A stretch of DNA of 64,000 bases, from NCBI GenBank assembly GCA_977020255.1, contig CDROCS010000506.1:3348001-3412000 (forward strand), read 5' to 3'. Origin of the DNA: Obrimoposthia wandeli (taxonomy: Eukaryota). Position numbers and translations under genes: made by a program. Below are positions 53,985 to 64,000 of the stretch, piece by piece (the stretch's first letter is position 1; the number at the start of each line of letters is the position of its first letter). The notes below the pieces were generated by a model, which had not been told where the DNA came from, searched no databases, and was given only the letters and a program-made list of their open reading frames with translations.

Positions 53985-55337
53985 ATGCAAGTTAAATCAT
54001 TGCGCCTGTGGATCAAGAATCCACTCGACTGTTTAGATCCCGCTTATGCTGGCGGTATTGTTATTCAAGACGACATTATCGTTGAACTCGTTCGTGCTGG
54101 CGCAGAGCCAGTTAACCCTGTTGCTGATATTGTTGATGCTAGTCAGCATGTGCTGATCCCCGGTTTAATTAACAGTCACCACCATTTCTACCAAACCCTG
54201 ACTCGCGCTTTTCCTGCGGCATTAAACAAAGAATTATTCCCTTGGTTACAAAGCTTATATCCAGTGTGGGCGAAATTAACGCCGGAAATGATCGCCACTT
54301 CAACACAAATTGCCTTAAGTGAATTATTACTGTCGGGTTGTACCACAGCCAGTGATCACCACTATTTATTTCCTGATGGCCTTGAACATGCAATCGACAT
54401 TCAAGTTGAACAAGCCAAAAAACTCGGTATTCGCGTACATTTAACCCGAGGTTCAATGAGCTTAGGCGAAGATCAAGGTGGATTACCACCGCGCACAACG
54501 ATTCAAACTGATCGCGAAATTTTAGATGACAGTCAGCGCTTAATTAAGGAATACCATCAATACGAAGATGGTGCGATGACCCGTATTGCACTCGCGCCTT
54601 GTTCGCCGTTTTCGGTGAGTGAAGAGTTGATGACTGCGACCGGTGATTTAGCCCGTGAACACAATGTGCGTTTGCATACTCACTTAGCTGAAACCCATGA
54701 CGAAACTGACTTCTGCATAAAAATGTTTGGCGTAAGGCCTGTTGATTACCTTGAACGTGTCGGTTGGTTAAACGACCGCACCTGGTTAGCGCATGGTATT
54801 CATTTTAATGATGAAGAAATAACGCGATTAGGTGGTGCTGGTGTTGGTGTTTGTCACTGCCCATCATCAAATATGATCTTAGCGTCGGGACAATGTCCGA
54901 CATTAGCACTGCAAGCCGCGGGTAGCCCTGTCGGTTTAGGCGTTGATGGTTCGGCGTCGAATGATGGTTCTAACATGATAGGTGAAGTTCGCCAGGCGTT
55001 GTTATTACAGCGACTGCGCTATGGTGCGAGTGAAATTACCCATCAAAAAGCCTTTGAATGGGCGACAAAAGGTTCTGCAGGTTGCTTAGGACGTGATGAT
55101 ATTGGCGAGATAGCCGTGGGTAAACAAGCCGATATAGCCTTGTTTAAACTCGATGAAATTCGTTTTGCTGGCGCAGGTACACCGGTTGCTGCCTTATTGC
55201 TGTGTGGTGCGACGAAAGCCGATAAAGTCATGGTTGCCGGTAAATGGCGAGTACTTGATGGTGAAATCGTGGGGCTGGATCTAAACCAATTGATGGCAAA
55301 GCAGATCATGCTGGCTACCCAGTTAGCTAACGCTTAG
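53985..55337 (+). CDS. 8-oxoguanine deaminase-like amidohydrolase
   Basis: 'PGLINSHHHFYQTLTR', 'DHHY', 'APCSPFSV', 'HTHLAET', 'HCPSSNM', 'GVDGSASND'. Confidence 0.86.
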   Translation: MQVKSLRLWIKNPLDCLDPAYAGGIVIQDDIIVELVRAGAEPVNPVADIVDASQHVLIPGLINSHHHFYQTLTRAFPAALNKELFPWLQSLYPVWAKLTPEMIATSTQIALSELLLSGCTTASDHHYLFPDGLEHAIDIQVEQAKKLGIRVHLTRGSMSLGEDQGGLPPRTTIQTDREILDDSQRLIKEYHQYEDGAMTRIALAPCSPFSVSEELMTATGDLAREHNVRLHTHLAETHDETDFCIKMFGVRPVDYLERVGWLNDRTWLAHGIHFNDEEITRLGGAGVGVCHCPSSNMILASGQCPTLALQAAGSPVGLGVDGSASNDGSNMIGEVRQALLLQRLRYGASEITHQKAFEWATKGSAGCLGRDDIGEIAVGKQADIALFKLDEIRFAGAGTPVAALLLCGATKADKVMVAGKWRVLDGEIVGLDLNQLMAKQIMLATQLANA

Positions 55338-55359
55338 TTTAATCGCTAGAGCTATATTG

Positions 55360-55407
55360 CTAGAACTAGAACTAGAACTAGAACTATAACTATAACTATA
55401 ACTATAT
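55360..55407. repeat. Compound 6-bp microsatellite
   Basis: CTAGAA x4, CTATAA x3, CTATAT. Confidence 0.9.
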
Positions 55408-55449
55408 CTACAACCTCTAACTTAGACCCACCATTATTCCACTTCAGAG

Positions 55450-55475
55450 CGTCACCATATTGGTGACGTTTTTTT
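55450..55475 (+). terminator. Intrinsic terminator
   Basis: CGTCACCA-TAT-TGGTGACG followed by T7. Confidence 0.85.
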
Positions 55476-55535
55476 ACTTTAAGCTCACAATTATCAAACA
55501 AATAGATAGCTATTAATTATTTTATGATTATTTAT

Positions 55536-55562
55536 TAATGTTTCCCCAATTAGTGCCGATAC
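55536..55562 (+). promoter_or_regulatory. Sigma28 (FliA) promoter
   Basis: TAATGTTT-N11-GCCGATAC vs consensus TAAAGTTT-N11-GCCGATAA; upstream of an MCP. Confidence 0.75.
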
Positions 55563-55761
55563 GCTACACCATGTGTCATTGATGGATTATTCAGAACATT
55601 CTCATTATTAGGACGTAATAAATAGAGAATGAAGAACACAGCTAGGGTTATGTTGTTAATTTAAAACATATTCTAAAGTTGTTAGACACTACTGCGGTTA
55701 ATATTATGGATGTTAATTTTCAGCAGGTAATCTCTAATCTATCTAATTGTGGAATAAAATA

Positions 55762-57672
55762 ATGGTAAAAAATTTAGGATTCAAAAAAGTCATCATATTG
55801 TCGGTAATAATCTTACTGACCGCTATTTTACTGGTTTCAAATATAATTTCTTATAATATAATTAAATCTAAGACCATTGAAGATGTGAATCTGCTGTCGA
55901 GTTCAATAGTAAATTACGAAGCCAATAAAATTGAAGATTGGTTTACAGCAAAAACGGATGCGCTTAATGCGATGTCCCAAAAGTATAAGTCAGATAGCCT
56001 GGGTGACGATTACGTTACCATTGCGAGACTTATAAAAGAAACGAGTGGTTTTGCCAGCGTCTTTTTCTCATTCGATGATGGTGCCTCGTACTCTACCGCC
56101 CAAAATTCAGATTGGGTAAATGGCGTTGCTATTACAGGTCGTTATGACGCGCGTAAACGCCCTTGGTATGTCAAAGGTAAGAACACGACAACGTTAGATG
56201 TTACCGATGTTTATAATGCGAGAAGCACGGGTCTTCCGGTTATTTCAGTGGTGCGTAATCTTAATAACGGTGTGCTGTTAGGTAATATTGGTTTAGAAAT
56301 TCTTGAAGAAACCGTTAAAAATGTCGACTACCCTGGTTCTGTTACTGCCATTATGGATAGTGATGGTAATGCATTAGCGTCAAATTCAATGGCATTGAAA
56401 ACAGGTGTTAACTTTTCTGATATCGGTATGGGTAACGTTAAAATAGCGATGCTAAATGAGCATGCTAATACAACGAGTTATACTGTCGGTGGTGTCGATA
56501 AATTAGCATTTACGCAAGAAATAACCCTTATTAATGGCAAGCGCTGGTATTTATTTATTGGTGTTGATAAATCAGTGGCTTATGCAGAAGTGGATGAAGC
56601 ACTAGAAACGTCGATTGTGGTTTCTATTATTATGCTCGCTGTTGGTTTATTTTTGACTATCACAGTGCTGAATATAGCCTATCGTCCAATCGTATCACTG
56701 AAAGAAGTAGTGATGGATTTATCTAAAGGTAATGGTGATTTAACACGCCGTTTACCGGTAGAGAGTAGCGATGACCTCGGTGATATTTCCGCAGGTATTA
56801 ATATCTTTATTACCAATCTGCAAACTCTGATGTTAGAGATCGATAACTCTTCACAGCATATTTCTGAAAGTGTAGGTAAGTTAGAACAGCAAACGACAAT
56901 GAACAATCAAGTATTGGCTGCGCATTCCATTGAAACGGACCAAATTGCAGCAGCAGTCGAAGAGATGAGCGCCACTGCAAATGATGTTGCTAGTAATGCT
57001 GAAGAAGCGTCACAATTTACCGATGCAATGAATAAACAGGTTGATACGTCGAAAGTGACAGTGACCTCGACCACATCAACGGTATCTCAGTTGGTTGAAG
57101 ATGTAGAAAGTTCATCAAAAAGTATCCAAGATATTGAAAAAGATACACAAGCCATTACTAAAGTACTTAATGTGATTGGTGAGATTGCGGAACAAACAAA
57201 TCTACTGGCACTTAATGCAGCAATTGAAGCAGCGCGAGCGGGTGAACAAGGGCGTGGTTTTGCTGTTGTTGCCGATGAGGTGCGTGCACTTGCAGCCAGA
57301 ACACAAGTGAGTACGGCTGAAATTAAAGAGACGTTAGATGCATTAACGGCAGGTTCAAGTTCAGCTATTGCAGCGATGAATATGACCCAAGCAACTTGCC
57401 AACAAGCTGCTGAAAACACTTATGCTGTAGCGACTGATTTGGATCATATTGCTAGTTCTGTTACGCAAATTAATGATTTAAACACGCAAATTGCAACCGC
57501 TGCCGAGGAGCAAAGTAGTGTGTCGCTTGAAGTAACGCGTAACATGACAGCGATCCGTGAAATGGCGCAAGAGTTAGCGATAAATGGTCAATCTACTGCA
57601 CAAGAATCGGTAAACGTAGCTGTCGCAAACGAACAGCTAAAATCAATCGTAGGACAGTTTAAACTAAGATAA
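55762..57672 (+). CDS. Methyl-accepting chemotaxis protein, dCache_1 (copy A)
   Basis: 'YDARKRPWY' sensor, HAMP, MCP signalling hairpin. Confidence 0.95.
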   Translation: MVKNLGFKKVIILSVIILLTAILLVSNIISYNIIKSKTIEDVNLLSSSIVNYEANKIEDWFTAKTDALNAMSQKYKSDSLGDDYVTIARLIKETSGFASVFFSFDDGASYSTAQNSDWVNGVAITGRYDARKRPWYVKGKNTTTLDVTDVYNARSTGLPVISVVRNLNNGVLLGNIGLEILEETVKNVDYPGSVTAIMDSDGNALASNSMALKTGVNFSDIGMGNVKIAMLNEHANTTSYTVGGVDKLAFTQEITLINGKRWYLFIGVDKSVAYAEVDEALETSIVVSIIMLAVGLFLTITVLNIAYRPIVSLKEVVMDLSKGNGDLTRRLPVESSDDLGDISAGINIFITNLQTLMLEIDNSSQHISESVGKLEQQTTMNNQVLAAHSIETDQIAAAVEEMSATANDVASNAEEASQFTDAMNKQVDTSKVTVTSTTSTVSQLVEDVESSSKSIQDIEKDTQAITKVLNVIGEIAEQTNLLALNAAIEAARAGEQGRGFAVVADEVRALAARTQVSTAEIKETLDALTAGSSSAIAAMNMTQATCQQAAENTYAVATDLDHIASSVTQINDLNTQIATAAEEQSSVSLEVTRNMTAIREMAQELAINGQSTAQESVNVAVANEQLKSIVGQFKLR

Positions 57673-57731
57673 CCTTTCATCTTGTTAAATTAGATTTAAT
57701 AAAAAGCAATCAAAAGTAATAAAACGTAATC

Positions 57732-57767
57732 AAAAGCCATTAAGTGTTAATACTTAATGGCTTTTTG
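57732..57767 (+). terminator. Intrinsic terminator (copy A)
   Basis: AAAAGCCATTAAGT-GTTAAT-ACTTAATGGCTTTT. Confidence 0.85.
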
Positions 57768-57828
57768 CATTTTAAATGCGCAATTACTAAGTAAATGGAT
57801 CGTCATTAATTATTTTATGATCTTTTAT

Positions 57829-57855
57829 TAATGTTTCCAACAACGACGCCGATAC
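57829..57855 (+). promoter_or_regulatory. Sigma28 (FliA) promoter, duplicated
   Basis: TAATGTTT-N11-GCCGATAC; boxes identical to copy A, spacer diverged. Confidence 0.75.
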
Positions 57856-58013
57856 ACTGTGGGTGTCATTGATGGATTATTGAGAACATTCTTATTACTA
57901 GGAAGTGATAACAGGGAATGAAAGACGTAAAGAGTATCAATTTAAACAATTCGACTCTGCGTTGGTTAGGCACGACAGTTACCCACTGATCTATCTAATT
58001 ATGGAATTAAATA

Positions 58014-59924
58014 ATGCTAAAAAACTTAGGTTTCAAAAGACTTATCATATTGTCAGTCATCACGTTATTGACCGCTATTTTACTCGTTTCAAATATAATC
58101 TCTTATAACATCATTAAATCTAAAACCATTGAAGATGTGAACTTGCTGTCTACTTCAATCGTTAGCTATGAAGCCAATAAAATTGAAAATTGGTTTACCG
58201 AAAAAACCAAAGCGTTAAATGTGATCAACCAAAAATATAAGTCTAATAGCCTAGGTGACGATTACGTTACTATCGCGCGATTAGTAAAAGAAACTAATGG
58301 TTTTGGTGGTGTGTTTTTTGCTTTTGATGATGGTGTTACTTACTCCACGGCACAAGACTCAAGCTGGGTTAATGGCGTCGCGATCACCGAGCGTTATGAC
58401 TCGCGTCAACGTCCTTGGTATAGCTTAGGTAAAAACGCTGCAACATTCGATATTTCTGATGTGTATAACGATGCTGGTACAGGTCTGCCGGTTATCTCTC
58501 TTGTGCGTAACATGGGGAATGGTGTGTTATTGGGTGATATTGATTTAAGTATCCTCGAAGAAACCGTCAAAAATGTTAACTACCCAGGTTCAGTTACCGC
58601 GATCATGGATAGCGATGGTGATGCATTAGCCTCTAATTCAGCGACATTGAGAACAGGCGTCAACTTCAATGATGTAGGTATGGGCAATGTGAAAACCGGT
58701 ATGTTAAGTGGCCGCTTAAACACAACGGCTTATAGCTTAGATGGCGTTGATAAACTTGCCTTTACTCAAGAGATCACCCTGATTAATGGCAAAAGTTGGT
58801 ATTTATTCATTGGTGTTGATAAATCAGTGGCTTATGCCGAAGTTGATGAGGCGCTAGAAACGTCGATTGTAGTTTCTATTATTATGCTCGCTGTAGGTCT
58901 ATTTTTGACTATTACGGTATTGAATATTGTTTATCGTCCGATCATCTCATTGAAAGAAGTGGTGACTGATTTATCTAAAGGTAATGGTGATTTAACTCGT
59001 CGCTTACCGATAGAGAGTAACGATGACCTTGGTGATATTTCCGCTGGTATTAATACTTTCATTGCGAATTTGCAAACACTGATGTTAGAGATAGATAATT
59101 CTTCACAACATATTTCTGAAAGTGTGGGCAAGTTAGAGCAACAAACCACAACGAACAATCAAGTATTAGAAGCACATTCTATTGAAACTGACCAAATTGC
59201 AGCGGCAGTAGAAGAAATGAGTGCCACTGCAAATGATGTAGCGAGTAATGCTGAAGAAGCGTCGCAATTTACCGATGCCATGAATAAGCAGGTAGGTACG
59301 TCGAAGGTAACGGTAAACACAACAACGACAACTGTATCTAAGTTAGTTGAAAATGTGGAAAGTTCATCAAAAAGTATTCAAGACATTGAGAACGACACCC
59401 AAGCCATTACCAAAGTACTTAATGTTATTGGTGCTATTGCAGAGCAAACTAACTTACTAGCGCTTAACGCGGCAATTGAAGCAGCGAGAGCGGGCGAACA
59501 AGGTCGTGGTTTTGCTGTTGTAGCTGACGAAGTTCGAGCACTGGCGGCGAGAACACAAGTGAGTACGGCGGAAATTAAAGAAACGTTGGATGCTTTAACT
59601 GCAGGTTCAAGTTCAGCTATTTTAGCGATGAATATGACCCAAGCAACCTGTCAACAAGCGGCTGAAAGTACTTATGCAGTGGCTGATGATTTGGACCATA
59701 TTGCGACTTCTGTTATGCAAATTAATGATTTAAATACGCAAATTGCTACTGCAGCTGAAGAGCAGAGTAGTGTGTCGCTAGAAGTGACGCGCAACATGAC
59801 TGCAATCCGTGAAATGGCGCAAGAGTTAGCGATCAATGGTCAATCTACCGCGCAAGAGTCGGTAAACGTGGCAGTCGCTAACGATCAGCTTAAATCAATC
59901 GTAGGGCAGTTTAAACTAAGATAA
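58014..59924 (+). CDS. Methyl-accepting chemotaxis protein, dCache_1 amino-acid type (copy B)
   Basis: '[18 protein letters not shown]' complete amino-acid-binding motif; signalling domain nearly identical to copy A. Confidence 0.95.
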   Translation: MLKNLGFKRLIILSVITLLTAILLVSNIISYNIIKSKTIEDVNLLSTSIVSYEANKIENWFTEKTKALNVINQKYKSNSLGDDYVTIARLVKETNGFGGVFFAFDDGVTYSTAQDSSWVNGVAITERYDSRQRPWYSLGKNAATFDISDVYNDAGTGLPVISLVRNMGNGVLLGDIDLSILEETVKNVNYPGSVTAIMDSDGDALASNSATLRTGVNFNDVGMGNVKTGMLSGRLNTTAYSLDGVDKLAFTQEITLINGKSWYLFIGVDKSVAYAEVDEALETSIVVSIIMLAVGLFLTITVLNIVYRPIISLKEVVTDLSKGNGDLTRRLPIESNDDLGDISAGINTFIANLQTLMLEIDNSSQHISESVGKLEQQTTTNNQVLEAHSIETDQIAAAVEEMSATANDVASNAEEASQFTDAMNKQVGTSKVTVNTTTTTVSKLVENVESSSKSIQDIENDTQAITKVLNVIGAIAEQTNLLALNAAIEAARAGEQGRGFAVVADEVRALAARTQVSTAEIKETLDALTAGSSSAILAMNMTQATCQQAAESTYAVADDLDHIATSVMQINDLNTQIATAAEEQSSVSLEVTRNMTAIREMAQELAINGQSTAQESVNVAVANDQLKSIVGQFKLR

Positions 59925-59946
59925 TTTGGTTTTACCGAATTGAATT

Positions 59947-59986
59947 AAAAAAAAGCCATTAAGTGTCATTACTTAATGGCTTTTTT
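59947..59986. terminator. Bidirectional terminator (copy B / dcu)
   Basis: AAAAAAGCCATTAAGT-GTCATT-ACTTAATGGCTTTTTT. Confidence 0.88.
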
Positions 59987-60001
59987 ATTAACTGGAGCTT
60001 C

Positions 60002-61330
60002 TTAACCAATCACAATTTGTCCTAACACATAACCAACCAAACAAGCAGAAACAACCCCGATTAAACCCACCGCCATGAACGAATGGTTGAAGTAGTACTT
60101 ACCAATTTTAGTGGTACCCGAGTTATCAAAGTTCACGGTCGCAATATCTGACGGATAGTTGGGAATAAAGAAGTAACCATATACCGCAGGCATTAAACCG
60201 ATTACCAAGGCTGGTTCGAGTCCCAGTGCTAAGCCGACTGGTAACATCATCCGTGCTGTTGCCGCTTGTGAATTCACTACCACAGAGACGATAAACAGGG
60301 CTAATGCAAACGTCCAAGGGTGCAAGGTCACCATATCAACAATACCAGCCCTGAATTGTGGCATCGCGTATTGGAAATAAGTATCTGACATCCAAGCGAT
60401 ACCAAAAATAGCAATGGCAGCAACCATACCCGATTTGAATACCACGCCATTAGGCACATCGCGTGGATCTGTTTTGGTCGCCAACAAGATCACACCACCA
60501 AACGCTAGCATCATCATTTGGATCACTACTGACATTTTAATGGGCGCAGCACCTTCGCTGATCGTTCTAATCTCAGGGAACATGGCAATCACGACGATAG
60601 ACACAATAGCACCTAAGAAGATAAGTACTGCGTTACGCGCTTTAGTCGGTAACTTTTCATCTAACGAGGTTGATGTGGTGTTTAAGATCTTTTCACGCCA
60701 AATTGGGTCTTTTAAGCGTGCTTGGTATTCCTCATCATCGTCTAATTCTTTACCGCGGCGTAAGCTATACAAGGCTAGCATCAAGGTACCAAATAGCGTC
60801 GACGGCACAGTCACCATCAAGATCGACAGTAGGGTAATAGATGAATCGATATCTACGAGTTGCGCTAAATAGAATACCACTGCCGCCGAGAGTGGCGATG
60901 CGGTGATCCCTATTTGCGAGGCGACAGATGCTGCAGCCATTGGACGTTCGGGACGAATACCATTTTTAAGGGCGACATCACCAATGATTGGCATAATTGA
61001 ATATACCGCATGACCAGTACCCAGCAAGAATGTCATGGTATAGGTAACAAAAGGAGCAATTAGCGTCACCCGTTTTGGATTTGTTCTTAAAATACGCTCG
61101 GCAATTTGCAGCATATATTTAAGCCCGCCAGCCGCTTCGAGAATTGAAGCACAGGTAACCACCGCCAAGATAATCAGCATCACAGTGACAGGGGGCGAAG
61201 TCGGCGGCATTTTGAAGATAAACACTTCAATTACCAAGCCGATCCCAGAGACAACCCCTAACCCTATGCCACCATATCGAGAACCGATGTAGAGCACGAC
61301 CAATAAAAATAGAAATTCAAAATACAACAT
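60002..61330 (-). CDS. Anaerobic C4-dicarboxylate transporter (DcuA/DcuB family)
   Basis: 'GSRYGGIGLG', 'GIRPERPMAAASVASQ.GITASP.SAA', 'FIPNYPSD', 'GTTKIGKY.FNHSF'. Confidence 0.92.
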   Translation of the reverse strand: MLYFEFLFLLVVLYIGSRYGGIGLGVVSGIGLVIEVFIFKMPPTSPPVTVMLIILAVVTCASILEAAGGLKYMLQIAERILRTNPKRVTLIAPFVTYTMTFLLGTGHAVYSIMPIIGDVALKNGIRPERPMAAASVASQIGITASPLSAAVVFYLAQLVDIDSSITLLSILMVTVPSTLFGTLMLALYSLRRGKELDDDEEYQARLKDPIWREKILNTTSTSLDEKLPTKARNAVLIFLGAIVSIVVIAMFPEIRTISEGAAPIKMSVVIQMMMLAFGGVILLATKTDPRDVPNGVVFKSGMVAAIAIFGIAWMSDTYFQYAMPQFRAGIVDMVTLHPWTFALALFIVSVVVNSQAATARMMLPVGLALGLEPALVIGLMPAVYGYFFIPNYPSDIATVNFDNSGTTKIGKYYFNHSFMAVGLIGVVSACLVGYVLGQIVIG

Positions 61331-61673
61331 AACACCACCATCTATATAACTTTATGGGTAGTAGGGTATCTTTTAAACAAAGTCGTTAAATTGAACTATT
61401 ACTCAGTTAGAGCAGAAGAGGTCATTAATTAATGCGCGATTGATATGGAATAAGTTTTTGATAAATAATGTAATTATCAATCAAGAATGTGAACGTCAAC
61501 TTAGATTTTATTTCATCACAGTTAACAGCAGCTTGATTTAGCGGTACCAGCGTATTTGAGTATTGGAAAAATCACCGCGGAGAGTGTTCCACATCAAAGC
61601 ATTTTTCACTGCCTTTGTTAGATTGATGACTGAAATTAAATTATGTAGTTCAGAGATCTTTACGAGGCCACCT

Positions 61674-64000
61674 ATGATAAACGTTACATTTAACGGACAG
61701 CAATTTACCGTCAATGCCCAGCAAACCCTGCTTGAAGTCGCTACCGACTGTGATATTGACATTCCCTCATTGTGTGGCTTGAATAAAAGCGGCGAGAAAG
61801 TGCCGTGTGATCTCTGTGTTGTCGATATCGAAGGGCAAGGTATTCAGCGTGCTTGTGAAATACAAGTTGCCGAAGGCATGGCGGTAACTACTGCCTCTGA
61901 CACCTTATCGTCATTACGTCAGCAGTCGCTTAACCGCATTCTTTCAGATCACTATGCCGATTGTGAAGCGCCTTGTCAGACGGCGTGTCCTGCGGGCGTT
62001 GATATTCAATCTTACCTGTATCATATTTCTCAAAACGACCACGCTAAAGCGGTTGAAGTGATCAAACGTACTTTACCTATGCCACTGTCGATTGGCCGTG
62101 TGTGTCCGGCATTTTGTGAAACCGAATGTCGTCGTGGTTTGGTCGATGAACCGCTCGCCATTCGTCAATTGAAACGTCATGCTGCCGATATCGATTTAGC
62201 AGCACAAGAACAATACGTACCAGTAAAAAAACCGGGGCGAGGTGAATCTATTGCCATTGTTGGTAGTGGCCCTGGTGGCTTAACCTGTGGTTATTACCTG
62301 ACTAATGAAGGTTATGACGTGACGGTATTTGAATCTATGCCGGATGCAGGAGGGTGGTTACGTTATGGTATTCCTGAGTACCGCTTACCTAAAGCCATTC
62401 TGGCGAAAGAAATTGAGATCATGTGCCGTAACGGCATGCAGTTGCTGACCAACAAAAAATTGGGGCGTGATTTTAGCCTGACAGAACTGACTCAAGACTA
62501 TGATGCCGTGTGTTTAGCGGTTGGCGCATCACAAGCGGTCGACATGCAATACACGGGTAGTGACTTGGATGGTTGCTATCTGGGCGTTGATTACCTTAAA
62601 GATTACGTCACCGATGGTCACTACACCACAGGTAAGAAAGTGGCTGTGATTGGCGGTGGTAATACCGCGATTGACTGCGCGCGAACTGCTGTACGTGATG
62701 GCGCTGATACGACGTTGATTTACCGACGAACTCGCGCTGAAATGCCTGCGGAAGATTATGAAATTCTGGAAGCGGAACATGAAGGGGTTAAATTCCACTT
62801 TCTCACTAATCCAGTAGAAAACATGGCCGATGAAAATGGCCGAGTACACGAAGTAAAATTAGAGAAAATGGCCTTAGGTGAACCCGATGCATCAGGTCGC
62901 CGCCGCCCAGAACAAACCGGTGAATACTTTACCGAAGCCTTTGATACAGTGATTGCCGCTGTATCGCAAAAGCCTGATTTAAGCTTCATGGAGCAAGAAA
63001 CCTTAGACTTGCCGTTAACGCGTTGGAATACCCAAGATGCCAATGAAGATACTATGTATTCGGGCGTGGGCAATGTATTTAGTATTGGCGATTTCCGCCG
63101 CGGCCCAGCAACTGCGATTGAAGCCGTTGCCGATGGGCGTATTGCCGCAGAAGCGATTGATCGTTACTTTGATGGTGATATGGAAAATATCCCAGTTAAA
63201 CAATTCAATTCGAAGAAAGCCCCTAAGTTAAAACAGGTCGATACGGCGCAATTTGACAGTATTAAACAGGTCATGCGTTCTGTCATGCCAGAGTTGAGTC
63301 CACAAGCTCGTGAGTTAAGCTTTGCTGAAGTTGAAACTGGTTTTGATAATGATGAAGCAAAGCGTGAAGCAGCGCGTTGTTTAGAATGTGGTTGTCAGGC
63401 CAATACCGACTGCCAATTACGTGATTTTGCGACTGACTACAAGGTCGCTGATGCCGATATTTATACCAAGGAAAGTAAAGAAAGTTGTCAGAAGTTTGCT
63501 GTAGATGACAGCTCCGAGTTTATCGTCTTTGATGCCAACCGTTGTATTAGCTGTGGCCAATGTGTTGATGCTTGTAACGAACAGGCGGTACATGGTGTGC
63601 TGAATTTCATGAAAAATGATGACGGAAAGTCAGCTGACCGTCCTGCATGTCGCCCTGGTTTTGAGCGTGGTTTTAGTATGGGTGATTCAGACTGCGTGCA
63701 ATGTGGACGTTGTGTGCAAGTGTGTCCGACGGGGGCATTGGTTGATAGCCGAGACAAATCCCAAGGCCGTATTGAAATGCTAAAACCAGTCGATACCATT
63801 TGCACTTATTGTGGTGTCGGCTGCAAGTTAACTATGTTTGTTGATGAAAGTCAGAATAAGATCCGTTATGTGCAAGGCGTGAAAGATTCACCAGTAAACC
63901 AAGGTATGTTATGTGTGAAAGGGCGCTTTGGCTTTGATTTTGTTAGTAGCAGCGAGCGCCTTACTACGCCATTAATTCGTAAAGATGGCGTACTCCAACC
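61674..64000 (+). CDS. fdhF: Formate dehydrogenase alpha-like molybdoenzyme fused to [2Fe-2S] and GltD-like FAD/NAD(P)H modules (partial)
   Basis: Not in ORF track (truncated). Manual translation from ATG 61674 (GAGG RBS): IPSLC..CDLC, CQTACP, GRVCPAFCE, GSGPGG, GGGNTA, YRRT, CISCGQC, CVQCGRC, CTYCGVGC..LCVKGRFG. Confidence 0.85.
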   Translation, partial: MINVTFNGQQFTVNAQQTLLEVATDCDIDIPSLCGLNKSGEKVPCDLCVVDIEGQGIQRACEIQVAEGMAVTTASDTLSSLRQQSLNRILSDHYADCEAPCQTACPAGVDIQSYLYHISQNDHAKAVEVIKRTLPMPLSIGRVCPAFCETECRRGLVDEPLAIRQLKRHAADIDLAAQEQYVPVKKPGRGESIAIVGSGPGGLTCGYYLTNEGYDVTVFESMPDAGGWLRYGIPEYRLPKAILAKEIEIMCRNGMQLLTNKKLGRDFSLTELTQDYDAVCLAVGASQAVDMQYTGSDLDGCYLGVDYLKDYVTDGHYTTGKKVAVIGGGNTAIDCARTAVRDGADTTLIYRRTRAEMPAEDYEILEAEHEGVKFHFLTNPVENMADENGRVHEVKLEKMALGEPDASGRRRPEQTGEYFTEAFDTVIAAVSQKPDLSFMEQETLDLPLTRWNTQDANEDTMYSGVGNVFSIGDFRRGPATAIEAVADGRIAAEAIDRYFDGDMENIPVKQFNSKKAPKLKQVDTAQFDSIKQVMRSVMPELSPQARELSFAEVETGFDNDEAKREAARCLECGCQANTDCQLRDFATDYKVADADIYTKESKESCQKFAVDDSSEFIVFDANRCISCGQCVDACNEQAVHGVLNFMKNDDGKSADRPACRPGFERGFSMGDSDCVQCGRCVQVCPTGALVDSRDKSQGRIEMLKPVDTICTYCGVGCKLTMFVDESQNKIRYVQGVKDSPVNQGMLCVKGRFGFDFVSSSERLTTPLIRKDGVLQ

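Noticed and set aside
61331-61673. FNR/NarP sites between dcu and fdhF
   Set aside because: Only half-site matches (e.g. GTGTT-N4-ATCAA, a single TACCCAT); expected by chance in AT-rich DNA.
62529-63805. Several minus-strand ORFs
   Set aside because: Shadows of the truncated fdhF-like CDS on the plus strand.

Overview
A 64 kb, AT-rich, gene-dense chromosomal stretch of a marine gammaproteobacterium. A Moritella/Vibrionales/Alteromonadales-like host is my inference from gene content, not a search result. I found no rRNA, tRNA, IS, prophage or CRISPR. It holds about 55 CDS, mostly transport, sensing and accessory metabolism: a BCCT transporter with a LysR, ygjJ-ygjK, yeeX, yecM, an ABC exporter, msrB-selO, three dCache chemoreceptors, an arylsulfatase/anSME cluster, an orphan type IV pilin, an RND pump, KtrAB with a minimal KdpD/KdpE-like pair, two purine uptake/salvage loci, a Dcu transporter and the 5' part of a GltD-fused formate dehydrogenase. 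Two riboswitches not in the ORF track are readable on the minus strand. One is a short cobalamin riboswitch ahead of a TonB-dependent receptor and a BtuG-like beta-propeller lipoprotein. The other is a guanine-type purine riboswitch with atypical P3/position 73 ahead of an NCS2 permease and a divergent Xpt. Other highlights are a tandem chemoreceptor duplication (each copy with its own sigma28 promoter and terminator) in which one copy lost two ligand-pocket aspartates, and repeated micro-duplications at gene ends. All calls are by eye; non-coding coordinates may be off by 1-2 nt.
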